In this document: positions 28,827 to 40,806 of the stretch, piece by piece
Layout of the letters: each line of letters opens with the position of its first letter
How positions within the stretch are numbered: position 1 is the stretch's first letter
Assembly (NCBI GenBank): GCA_964518565.1
Contig: CAZFGX010000001.1
Location: 360,409-424,408, forward strand
Length of the DNA stretch: 64,000 bases
Source: an uncultured Gammaproteobacteria bacterium
GTDB lineage: Bacteria; Patescibacteriota; Microgenomatia; CAZETR01; Amesbacteraceae
Reading direction: 5' to 3'
The notes under the pieces: model-generated
What the model was told of the DNA's origin: nothing
Seen by the model: the letters and a program-made list of their open reading frames with translations, nothing else
Databases searched by the model: none
Made by a program: the position numbers and the translations under genes

Positions 28827-30218
28827 GTGCAAAACAAAAAAACCAAAATCGTCACTACAATTGGTCCATCTTCAGATTCAGCTGAAAAAATGGAAGAACT
28901 CATGCGCGCTGGCGCCAATGTCTTCCGATTCAACATGAAACATGCCACGGTCGAATGGCATGAAGAGCGAATTAAGCTAGCTGACAGCATCGCCAAAAAA
29001 ATTGGTCACACACTAGGAATTTTGATTGATCTTCAAGGTCCGGAAATTCGTCTGGAAACAAAAGACAAAGCTGAAATCAGTGTAGCCAAAGACGAAGTAG
29101 TCGAATTTCATTCCACTTTCAAAGATGACTCAGTCGTGTTTTGCCTCCCGCATGCTTCAATCTTTGATATTCTCAATGCCGGAGATGAATTGCTCATCGA
29201 TGACGGATTCATGGAATTTGATATCCAAAAAGTGACACCAGATCTGATCGTTGCTAAATCTCGAGATGATTATCGCGTCAAAAATCGTAAAGGTGTAAAT
29301 TTCCCAGGTAAAGACATAGATTTGCCCTCCCTTATTGATCCAGATCTAAAAAAGTTAGATATGGCTACCAAAAATAAAGTCGACTTTGTGGCTCTTTCCT
29401 TTGCTCGTCGAAAAAAAGATATCGATATTCTTCGTGCTGAAATGGACAAACGTGGCGTGACCGCAGCTGTGATTGCCAAAATTGAGAGTCAGCAATCTAT
29501 TGATAATTTTGACGAAGTTCTCACCGCCTCAGACGGTATCATGATTGGTCGGGGAGATTTGGGCGTCGAAATACCCATTGAACAATTGGCCTACTGGCAA
29601 AAACAAATCGTTCACAAATGTCGTCTAGCTGGTAAACCGGTCATTGTTGCCACCCAAATGCTCCAAAGTATGACTGAAAATCCTCGTCCGACTCGTGCCG
29701 AAGCCACTGACGTAGCCAATGCCGTCTGGGATGGTACAGATGCCGTCATGCTCTCTGGAGAAACCGCCTTTGGTAAATATCCCATTAAATCCGTTGAAGC
29801 CATGGCCAAAATTGCCGAGTACAACGAAACCAAAGCAGTCATACCTCAACTAGATTTTTCTTCAGACACTTCTACAAAAGCCGTAGTCTCTGCTGCTGCT
29901 ATGTTTAAGCCTAGTGTGTATCTTATCTTTACAGAATCTGGCTACACTGCACGTTTATTATCTAGTTATCGGCCAGATGCCAGAATCATTGCAGTCACTA
30001 AAAATCACAAAGTCGTCGAAGAGTTGAGTTTGTCATATGGTGTTCAGGGAGTAGTAGATAGCCAGCCAAATACTGATTTTCACCTAGACAAACAATTGCT
30101 AGCACATCTCAAGGCACAAAAACTGATCAACTCCGGCGAACAAATGTTGGTCATCCATGGTCAACATGGTCAAATCGCGGGAAGCACCAACAGTCTACTA
30201 CTGACAGTAGTAGAATAA
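28827..30218 (+). CDS. pyk: Pyruvate kinase
   Basis: KTKIVTTIGP, DLQGPEIR, AKIE, GRGDLGVE, ATQMLQSM, MLSGETA. Confidence 0.97.
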   Translation: MQNKKTKIVTTIGPSSDSAEKMEELMRAGANVFRFNMKHATVEWHEERIKLADSIAKKIGHTLGILIDLQGPEIRLETKDKAEISVAKDEVVEFHSTFKDDSVVFCLPHASIFDILNAGDELLIDDGFMEFDIQKVTPDLIVAKSRDDYRVKNRKGVNFPGKDIDLPSLIDPDLKKLDMATKNKVDFVALSFARRKKDIDILRAEMDKRGVTAAVIAKIESQQSIDNFDEVLTASDGIMIGRGDLGVEIPIEQLAYWQKQIVHKCRLAGKPVIVATQMLQSMTENPRPTRAEATDVANAVWDGTDAVMLSGETAFGKYPIKSVEAMAKIAEYNETKAVIPQLDFSSDTSTKAVVSAAAMFKPSVYLIFTESGYTARLLSSYRPDARIIAVTKNHKVVEELSLSYGVQGVVDSQPNTDFHLDKQLLAHLKAQKLINSGEQMLVIHGQHGQIAGSTNSLLLTVVE

Positions 30219-30225
30219 ATCTACA

Positions 30226-30984
30226 ATGCACATCTCTATACGGCCCGAGACCTTATTCCATATTGGCAATATTGGTATAACAAATTCACTTCTGACATCC
30301 TGGATTACGGTACTAATCCTAATTATCGTTGGTATAGCTGTAGGAATGTCATTCAAACGATTGCCGTCAAAACTTCAGCAAATCTTCGAGTTAGCATATG
30401 AAACCTTTGACACGATGGCAGTAAATATTATTGGCGAACAGGGCCGTAAATATGTCCCGTTTGTCGTCACATTTTTTCTTCTTATCGTCGTGTCGAACTG
30501 GTTAGGAGTTCTTCCTGGAGTTGGCTCATTGGGATTTTGGCATACCGTACACAATGAAACTGAATTTACTCCACTATTTCGAGGTGCAAATGCAGATTTA
30601 AATACTACACTTGCCCTTGCCCTCGTCAGTGTCGTAGCAACACAAGCAATCAGTATTAAAGCCAATGGCCTACGGGCTCATATATTACACTTTAAAAACC
30701 CACTCGAAATCGTAACCGAATTTTCTAAAATTCTGTCTTTTGCTTTCCGTTTATTTGGCAATGTTTTTGCTGGTGAAGTCTTGCTGGTTGCAGCTGCGTC
30801 TATGATCACCTTAGCTATTGGAAAACCTGCTCTGTGGCATGCATTCCCAGGAGGCCTAATTCAGGCTCCGTTTTTATTACTCGAAGTTTTTGTCGGCTTT
30901 ATTCAAGGCTTTATTTTCTCAGTATTAACCCTCAGTTTTATTGGATTATTCGTCTCCCATACCCCCTCTTCCAAACACGCCTAG
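30226..30984 (+). CDS. atpB: F0 ATP synthase subunit a
   Basis: SNWLGVLP, SFAFRLFGNVFAGE, FIQGFIF. Confidence 0.96.
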   Translation: MHISIRPETLFHIGNIGITNSLLTSWITVLILIIVGIAVGMSFKRLPSKLQQIFELAYETFDTMAVNIIGEQGRKYVPFVVTFFLLIVVSNWLGVLPGVGSLGFWHTVHNETEFTPLFRGANADLNTTLALALVSVVATQAISIKANGLRAHILHFKNPLEIVTEFSKILSFAFRLFGNVFAGEVLLVAAASMITLAIGKPALWHAFPGGLIQAPFLLLEVFVGFIQGFIFSVLTLSFIGLFVSHTPSSKHA

Positions 30985-31019
30985 TCTCTATACAAATTCA
31001 GCGAAATTCGTTAGAATAA

Positions 31020-31241
<222 letters not shown>

Positions 31242-31244
31242 ACC

Positions 31245-31733
31245 ATGGAAACCTTAGGGGTAGACCCAGCGCTGGTTATCGCGCAAATCATTAGCTTCAT
31301 TATCCTCTTCGTCGTGTTGAGAAAATTTTTATACCCTCAAATTGAATCAGCACTCAAGTCTCGCCGTCAAGCTATCAAAGACGCTTATCAGGGCAAAGAA
31401 GAAATCGAAGCTCGTCTCAAACAATTTGAAGCTGAAAAAGCTACTGAACACGAAAAATTAAAAAACGATATCCAAAAATTACTTTCCGAAGCCAAGTCAG
31501 AAGCCAGTCAGCTAAAACAAGCAGGCAAAGAAGCCGCCAAGGTCCAAGCATCAAATGAAATTTCATTGGCCAAAAAACAGATCGACCAGCAAAAAGAATT
31601 GGCCAAAAAAGAAATAGAAAAACATGGAACAGATATCGCCAAATCCATTGTCGATGAAATCTTGTCGCAAAAAAAAGCTGATATCAAATGGCAAAAATCC
31701 CAAATCCAGTCCGCTTTAGAATCTTTGAAATAA
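31245..31733 (+). CDS. atpF: F0 ATP synthase subunit b
   Basis: N-terminal TM and charged coiled coil; operon position. Confidence 0.93.
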   Translation: METLGVDPALVIAQIISFIILFVVLRKFLYPQIESALKSRRQAIKDAYQGKEEIEARLKQFEAEKATEHEKLKNDIQKLLSEAKSEASQLKQAGKEAAKVQASNEISLAKKQIDQQKELAKKEIEKHGTDIAKSIVDEILSQKKADIKWQKSQIQSALESLK

Positions 31734-31735
31734 TC

Positions 31736-32062
31736 ATGACCAGCCACACTCCTTCTACAGACCAAATTGTCTCGGGGATCATTAAATATTTATCTGATAT
31801 AGATCAGATCGCTCGCTTACCTGAAATTATTTCCGCCCTCCAAAAACACATTCCGACCATAACGAAAGTTCGCGTAGAGTCAGCAATTGCTCTTTCAGAA
31901 GATGAAAAAGAAACGCTTATGGCATGGATAAAAACACATCTTGAGCAATCGCATGCCGATTTTATGGTCAATCCAGATTTGGTCGGTGGTCTAAAGATCT
32001 GGCTGGGTGACCAAGTATTAGATTTATCTGTTCAAGCCAAGTTGGGAGGATTGTATGTTTGA
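31736..32062 (+). CDS. atpH: F1 ATP synthase delta subunit (short form)
   Basis: VESAIALS, VNPDLVGGLKI..GDQVLDLSV; start at ATG 31736. Confidence 0.88.
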   Translation: MTSHTPSTDQIVSGIIKYLSDIDQIARLPEIISALQKHIPTITKVRVESAIALSEDEKETLMAWIKTHLEQSHADFMVNPDLVGGLKIWLGDQVLDLSVQAKLGGLYV

Positions 32063-33584
32063 TGCCGCAGATATTGCTGCTTCAATCAAAAAAGAAATTG
32101 CTCACACTCCGAACATTGCTCTAAGTAGTGTTGGTCATGTTCTAACAGTTGGTGATGGAGTGGTTGCGGTTTCAGGTCTGTCTCAAGCTATGGTAGGAGA
32201 GCGCGTAAATTTTGCCAATGGGCTTGATGGAGTAGTATTCAATCTCAAGCCAGACCATGTCGATATTATTTCGCTTGGCAATTCAGATCATCTACGGCCA
32301 GGGGACGAAGTCAAAACTACTGGTGAAATTTTGTCTGTCTCAGCTTCAGATGAACTACTAGGACGAACTGTGGATGGACTACTTGTACCTATCGATGGGC
32401 TCGTTACTAAAATAAAAAAAGTTCACAAAGTTCCTGTAGAAAAAATTGCACCTGGAGTAATCCGGCGTCAGGATGTGCGCACGCCATTGCAGACTGGGGT
32501 AAAAGTCATCGATGCCTTGGTGCCTATTGGTCGTGGACAACGTGAATTAATTATTGGTGATCGCGGAACAGGCAAAACCGCCTTAGCACTGGATGCCATC
32601 ATCAACCAATCTCGATTAAACAAAAATTTAGGCCCCGACCAAAAGCGAGTCATCTCTATTTATGTAGCTATCGGTCAAAAACAAGCCAAAATTGCTCAAG
32701 TCGTAGGCGAGCTCCAACAAGCCAATGCACTCACAGAAACAGTCATCGTTGCTGCAAGTGCATCAGATAGTGCGAGTATGCAATACTTGGCACCGTTTGC
32801 CGCGACTTCCTTGGCCGAATATTTTATGGATCAGGGTGAAGACGTACTTATTGTGTACGACGATCTGACCAAACATGCTTGGGCGTATCGCCAGTTATCC
32901 TTATTGCTACGCCGTCCTTCGGGTCGCGAAGCATACCCAGGGGATATTTTCTATGTTCATAGTCGATTACTAGAACGAGCTGCTCGAATGCATGATGACT
33001 TAGGTGGTGGCTCAATTACTGCCCTACCTGTCATCGAAACCCAAGCCGCTGATATTTCTGCTTATATTCCTACCAATGTTATCTCCATTACGGATGGTCA
33101 AATATTTTTAGACCCAGATGTGTTCAATGCGGGTATTAGACCGGCAATTTCAGTCGGACTCTCAGTCTCACGTGTGGGTGGGGATGCGCAGATCAAAGCC
33201 ATGAAACAAGTGGCTGGAAAAATGAAGCTCGACTTGGCTCAATATCGCGAATTGGCTGCATTTGCCCAATTTGGCTCAGATGTCGATGATGATACAAAAA
33301 AACGTTTAGATCGAGGTAGAGCGCTTACACAATTACTCACACAGCCACAGTTCCAGCCACTAGCGGTTGAGCACCAAGTTGCTCAAATCTGGTTAGGTAT
33401 GAAAGGCTATCTCGACGACATACATATCGACCAAATTTCTACTGCTGTCGAAAGCTTTGTCACTCTTTTATCTGAACATGATGCCAAAGTTCTAGAGCAA
33501 ATCAAAGTAGAAAAAGTTGTGTCGCCTGAATCAGAAAAACTATTAGAAACAGTTGCTCAAAAATTATTAACTCGATTTACCTAA
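32055..33584 (+). CDS. atpA: F1 ATP synthase alpha subunit
   Basis: GRGQRELIIGDRGTGKT, GREAYPGD. Confidence 0.98.
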   Translation: MFDAADIAASIKKEIAHTPNIALSSVGHVLTVGDGVVAVSGLSQAMVGERVNFANGLDGVVFNLKPDHVDIISLGNSDHLRPGDEVKTTGEILSVSASDELLGRTVDGLLVPIDGLVTKIKKVHKVPVEKIAPGVIRRQDVRTPLQTGVKVIDALVPIGRGQRELIIGDRGTGKTALALDAIINQSRLNKNLGPDQKRVISIYVAIGQKQAKIAQVVGELQQANALTETVIVAASASDSASMQYLAPFAATSLAEYFMDQGEDVLIVYDDLTKHAWAYRQLSLLLRRPSGREAYPGDIFYVHSRLLERAARMHDDLGGGSITALPVIETQAADISAYIPTNVISITDGQIFLDPDVFNAGIRPAISVGLSVSRVGGDAQIKAMKQVAGKMKLDLAQYRELAAFAQFGSDVDDDTKKRLDRGRALTQLLTQPQFQPLAVEHQVAQIWLGMKGYLDDIHIDQISTAVESFVTLLSEHDAKVLEQIKVEKVVSPESEKLLETVAQKLLTRFT

Positions 33585-33585
33585 C

Positions 33586-36219
<2,634 letters not shown>

Positions 36220-36223
<4 letters not shown>

Positions 36224-36429
36224 ACCAAGAATGTCTGAAAACATATTTAGAAGCCAATCCGCAGTTGACTCAAAATTTGAGTTGGAAAACTGATATGAAA
36301 ATTATGTATAGCTGGTGGTCAGCAGTGTGCGGCCAATGTCACTCAGCAATTGCCTTGGAAAAGTCCCGTGATCCCAAACAGCCAGAAATCAAAATCTCGC
36401 CATTAAACAATTTTTGCCCCAAAAAATAG
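36220..36429 (+). CDS. Small Cys-containing hypothetical protein
   Basis: ATGA overlap with atpC; C...CxxC...C. Confidence 0.55.
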
Positions 36430-36430
36430 C

Positions 36431-37147
36431 CTATTTCACACACCACAAGCTGCCGATAGGTTGCCACTCTGATAATTGTATTTCTTCAGAAAAAAATGTT
36501 GATGCCGACCCACCATCTAGATTTACCGCCGCTACGATGTCAAATTTATGTGTTTGCTCAAACTCTGTAATCAAGCCAGGTAGCTCTGCCAAAAGCGGAC
36601 CATCTAAAGAAGATGCATCAGTATAAAAACTTAAAAACAACAAATCTCCACTAGAAGTAGCGGCAGCCACCATTCGTCGAGCTTGTTTGTCTCGAACCAG
36701 CTGCAACTCGACCGGTTCGCCCTTATAAAACAGTATCGGTCCAGTTTGTACACCAGACCAAACTTCTGTTTTAGGCAATATATTATCAATCTCTGCCCGT
36801 CCTTGTAGATCTCGAGATAAAAACCCATTAAATAAACTATTTTTTTGAGATGTGTTTATTTGTTTTCCATCTTCGACAAACCACCCAATTGGCGTGTGTG
36901 ATTCGGAATAAAACCCACCATTTATTCCGGCGATGCAGCCATGAGTCTGCTGCAGTGTACTAGAGTCAGCTTTTTGGGAAAAATTGGCGATCAGAGACAA
37001 GGATTGATCTGGATATACATGAAAAAAGCTGGTCTGATATTTTGACGCAGTTTGAGCCAATACTGCTGGCGTTGGTGTGGGAACTACTACGGCCTGCGGT
37101 AGTAATATTCCTCCCAACCAGCCAATAATCATTGTCATAAGTCGCAT
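36431..37147 (-). CDS. Phosphodiester glycosidase (NAGPA/DUF2233) family protein
   Basis: INGGFY, QTGPIL, RRM, AVNLDGGSAS. Confidence 0.85.
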   Translation of the reverse strand: MRLMTMIIGWLGGILLPQAVVVPTPTPAVLAQTASKYQTSFFHVYPDQSLSLIANFSQKADSSTLQQTHGCIAGINGGFYSESHTPIGWFVEDGKQINTSQKNSLFNGFLSRDLQGRAEIDNILPKTEVWSGVQTGPILFYKGEPVELQLVRDKQARRMVAAATSSGDLLFLSFYTDASSLDGPLLAELPGLITEFEQTHKFDIVAAVNLDGGSASTFFSEEIQLSEWQPIGSLWCVK

Positions 37148-37167
37148 ATAAATGCTATTGTACCGTA

Positions 37168-37671
37168 GTGAGAATACTCGGTATCGATCCAGGCACTGCC
37201 ACTACTGGCTTTGGCGTACTCGACGCAGATTCGACAGATGCCTTTACATTAATCGACTATGGACTAGTCGAAACCCCCAAGACCTGGGAGCATGGCAAAC
37301 GGCTGGAATTTATTTACGACAACATCACAGACATCCTTACCAAACACAAGCCTGAAATCGTTTCTATTGAACGATTATTCTTTGCCACCAATGCCCTTAC
37401 TGCTATTGCAGTTGGTCAAGCAATTGGAGTTATAAAGCTAGCTATTCATCACCATGGCGTACCTGTATTTGATTACACTCCGATGCAGGTCAAGCTCTAT
37501 GTTGGAGGAGATGGTCGTGCTGATAAAAAAGTGATGAAAGCTGCAGTCAAAACCATGTTTAATATCGAAGAAAAAAAAGGTGAAAAAACTCATTTTGATA
37601 ACACAGCAGACGCGATTGCGATTGCTGTTTGCCATGTTCGTAAGTTAGCCAAAGACGCGAAAAAAGTATAA
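37168..37671 (+). CDS. ruvC: Holliday junction resolvase RuvC
   Basis: ILGIDPG..TGFG, IERLFF, YTPMQVK, G.ADK, ADAIAIA. Confidence 0.96.
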   Translation: MRILGIDPGTATTGFGVLDADSTDAFTLIDYGLVETPKTWEHGKRLEFIYDNITDILTKHKPEIVSIERLFFATNALTAIAVGQAIGVIKLAIHHHGVPVFDYTPMQVKLYVGGDGRADKKVMKAAVKTMFNIEEKKGEKTHFDNTADAIAIAVCHVRKLAKDAKKV

Positions 37672-37678
37672 TAAATCA

Positions 37679-39160
37679 GTGAAAAAAATTTTGCTTGGTT
37701 TTATCGGCCTAGTTGTGTGCTCCCTTTTAAGTGGTGGCAATAGTGTGCATGCAATTTATCCGCCATTATCTGTTCCAAATAATCGGGTTGGTGTACACAT
37801 ATTAGATCCGAATGAAATTTTTTCCGCTGCCAAACTCGTCAATAGTAGCGGCGGAGATTGGGGATATGTCACATTACCCATTCGCAGTGACGATCGAGAT
37901 ATTGCCAAATGGACTGAATTTTTTCAAAACTGCCGTAAATTACATATCATCCCAATTATTCGGCTCACCACCTATGTCGATCGCACAAATTGGGAATCTC
38001 CGACAGTCTACGACCTGGTAGATTTCGCAAATTTTTTGGATCAAATGCCTTGGCCCACAAACAATCGTTATATCATCGTTTTTAATGAGCCAAATCATGC
38101 CAATGAATGGGGTGGCCAGATTAACCCCGCTGAATACGCCAAACTATTAGTAAACGCTAAAAGCATTTTTTCGGCCCGTTCACCCGATTTTTTCATTCTC
38201 AGTGCTGGACTGGATATGTCCGTTCCGACTAGCAAGACGTCATTAGAAGCATTTCAATTTTATCGGCGTATGACCCAAGCTGTGCCAAGATGGATTGATT
38301 CAGTGGATGGCTTATCTGTGCATTCGTATCCCAATCCTGGATTTTCTGCTCCAGTCAATTCTCGCTCGCGATTTGGACTAAAAAGTTATGACTACGAACG
38401 GACGTATTTACTATCATTAAACTTAACTCGGGTTCAGTCGTTACCATTTTTCGTCACCGAAACAGGTCGGAAAAACCAATATCCGTTTTACACTCCGGCA
38501 TTTACTTCAGTCTGGACTGAGCCAAATATTGTTGCTATCACGCCATTTTTACTCTTTGCTGCTTCGCCAGATTTTGCATCATTTTCCTTGCTGGATCAAA
38601 ATCATCAGCCCAAAGATGTCTACAAAGAAATAGAATCTTTACCTAAGATAGTCGGCAGTCCATTACTGAACCCAAATCAGTCCGTCCTTAGTCCCCGGCA
38701 AAATACCACGGCTTCAGTCCAGGTGGATCCCCAAAAAACCCCATTGATCAATAAAGTGATCAATTTATTTAAAAGAACATTTGCTAAAGAACACTTAGCC
38801 ACGTTAAAAGTACGCGATGTTCAAATTACGATTGAAATCGCAGATACTGAATCCGCCCTGGCTCATGGTCTTTCAGACCGGCCAAGTCTACCAAGTGATC
38901 GTGGTATGTTATTTATTTTTCCAACGGTAGAACCACATAGTTTTTGGATGAAAGATATGCATTTTCCTTTGGATATGATCTGGATCAATAACAACCAAAT
39001 CGTCGCAATTACCGATCGTATCCCACCTCCTGCCGAAACTGGTGGGGTTCCACAGATTGTCTCGCCTGGTGTCCCCACAGACAAAGTCTTGGAGGTAAAT
39101 GCTGGGTTTGCAAAACAGCACAATATCCAAATCGGTGATACCATCGTGCTGCAACAATAA
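37679..39160 (+). CDS. Secreted clan GH-A glycoside hydrolase fused to DUF192
   Basis: FNEPN, HSYP, VTETG; C-terminal GL..R..L...GMLF.F, FWMKDMHFPLDMIWI, VLEVNAG. Confidence 0.85.
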   Translation: MKKILLGFIGLVVCSLLSGGNSVHAIYPPLSVPNNRVGVHILDPNEIFSAAKLVNSSGGDWGYVTLPIRSDDRDIAKWTEFFQNCRKLHIIPIIRLTTYVDRTNWESPTVYDLVDFANFLDQMPWPTNNRYIIVFNEPNHANEWGGQINPAEYAKLLVNAKSIFSARSPDFFILSAGLDMSVPTSKTSLEAFQFYRRMTQAVPRWIDSVDGLSVHSYPNPGFSAPVNSRSRFGLKSYDYERTYLLSLNLTRVQSLPFFVTETGRKNQYPFYTPAFTSVWTEPNIVAITPFLLFAASPDFASFSLLDQNHQPKDVYKEIESLPKIVGSPLLNPNQSVLSPRQNTTASVQVDPQKTPLINKVINLFKRTFAKEHLATLKVRDVQITIEIADTESALAHGLSDRPSLPSDRGMLFIFPTVEPHSFWMKDMHFPLDMIWINNNQIVAITDRIPPPAETGGVPQIVSPGVPTDKVLEVNAGFAKQHNIQIGDTIVLQQ

Positions 39161-39162
39161 AT

Positions 39163-39774
39163 ATGCTCATAATCCACGGTGATAACCAAGTCCAATCTCG
39201 CCAATTTTTTCTGGCTCAAAAACAATCCGCAAAAGCCAAAGGTATAGAACTGGTCGAACGAAATGGTGACCAAATATCTGTGAGTGAAATGGGACAAATA
39301 TTGGGTACCATGACTCTTCTCGGTCAGACTCCGATGCTCGTGCTAGAAAATGTATACAGTCGCCGCCAAAGCGCCGAAAAAAAACAACTTTTAGAGTATG
39401 TAGTCGATCGCCAAACGGAACAAATACTCATTTGGGAAAACAAAGAGCTCACCGTATCGCAACTAAAAGGCATTCAAGCCAGCAATATAAAAGTTTTTCC
39501 TTTGCCCAAATATTTATTTGATTTTTTAGACACACTCACTATTGAATCGTTTCACAAATCTATAGAAACTATGCCAGTCGAACAGGTATTTGCCAGTTTA
39601 GTCACTCGTCTTCACAAGGTCATCACTGGCGAAGGTCGAATCAAAAAGACTTTTTCTGAGAATGATTTATTGAGTAAATATGAACAACTTTTGTATATCG
39701 ATTATGCTCAAAAAACCTCTTCCAGTCCGTTTGATCTCACTTCTGCGCTTGAACTGTGGCTTGTAAAACGGTAA
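39163..39774 (+). CDS. holA: DNA polymerase III delta subunit-like (short CPR form)
   Basis: N-terminal LIIHGD, LF.FLD, LLYIDY.QKT and LELW motifs. Confidence 0.6.
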   Translation: MLIIHGDNQVQSRQFFLAQKQSAKAKGIELVERNGDQISVSEMGQILGTMTLLGQTPMLVLENVYSRRQSAEKKQLLEYVVDRQTEQILIWENKELTVSQLKGIQASNIKVFPLPKYLFDFLDTLTIESFHKSIETMPVEQVFASLVTRLHKVITGEGRIKKTFSENDLLSKYEQLLYIDYAQKTSSSPFDLTSALELWLVKR

Positions 39775-39783
39775 TCTAAATTC

Positions 39784-40803
39784 GTGTCAACTGATTCACT
39801 CAATGTTTTGTCTTCCGTAAATGCCTTTCCGCAGCAATGCAGTCAAGTATTGACAGATCTAGCGGAATTTTCCGTCCCCTCAGAGTATTTGCATCTTCAA
39901 AACATTGTTATTTCAGGTATGGGTGGCTCTGCCTTGGGTGGTCGAATTTTAGCCAGTTTGGAACGTCAGGTTCTAAAAGTTCCACTGTTTATTTCTACCC
40001 AATATCATCTGCCAAATTTCGTTGACCAAAATACATTAGTCATCGCATCGTCTTACTCAGGCAACACCGAAGAAACGCTTTCCTCATTAGACGAAGCATT
40101 TGCCAGAAATGCCAAAGTAATTATTCTAGCCTCTGGTGGCAAACTCGCTGAAATAGCCGAACAAAAGCGTGTTCCAAAATATATATTTACACCCAGTCAC
40201 AATCCAAGTGGCCAACCACGCATGGCACTTGGCTACAATATTATTGGCCTGCTACGAATTTTGTCTGTCTGTGATTTGATGCATGACCAGGGGAGTCTTG
40301 CAGATTTAGCTAGTTTTTTGACTTCAAAACAAAAAGATCCCCAAATCGAATCACTTGCAACCACCTTGTTAAACAAAATACCAGTCTTAGTCAGCAGCGA
40401 ACATCTCCAGGGTGCAGCCATTGCGTTTCGTAATCAAATAAATGAAAACGCCAAATGTTTTGCCACATATTTCGATCTTCCAGAACTGAACCATCATCTC
40501 ATGGAAGGTCTGACGCACCCAACCTCCAATTCACAAAATTTATGCTTTGTTTTGGTTGAATCTGACAAATATCATCCTCGTATCAAAAAACGTTACCAAT
40601 TAACCAAACAATTACTAGCCAAACAAAATATTCCTACTGTCTCGTTCTCAGTTTCAGCTATCTCGACACTATATGAAACCCTCCAGCTCGTCCAAGCTGG
40701 TGCTGCAGTCGCATACGCACTGTCTCAAAAAGAACAAACAGATCCTGGCCCCATACCCTGGGTAGACTGGTTTAAAGACGAAATGGCCAAAAGTACAAAT
40801 TAA
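39784..40803 (+). CDS. Bifunctional phosphoglucose/phosphomannose isomerase (SIS)
   Basis: GMGGSALGG, SYSGNTEET, QPR, NENAK, PELNHH. Confidence 0.92.
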   Translation: MSTDSLNVLSSVNAFPQQCSQVLTDLAEFSVPSEYLHLQNIVISGMGGSALGGRILASLERQVLKVPLFISTQYHLPNFVDQNTLVIASSYSGNTEETLSSLDEAFARNAKVIILASGGKLAEIAEQKRVPKYIFTPSHNPSGQPRMALGYNIIGLLRILSVCDLMHDQGSLADLASFLTSKQKDPQIESLATTLLNKIPVLVSSEHLQGAAIAFRNQINENAKCFATYFDLPELNHHLMEGLTHPTSNSQNLCFVLVESDKYHPRIKKRYQLTKQLLAKQNIPTVSFSVSAISTLYETLQLVQAGAAVAYALSQKEQTDPGPIPWVDWFKDEMAKSTN

Positions 40804-40806
40804 TAT

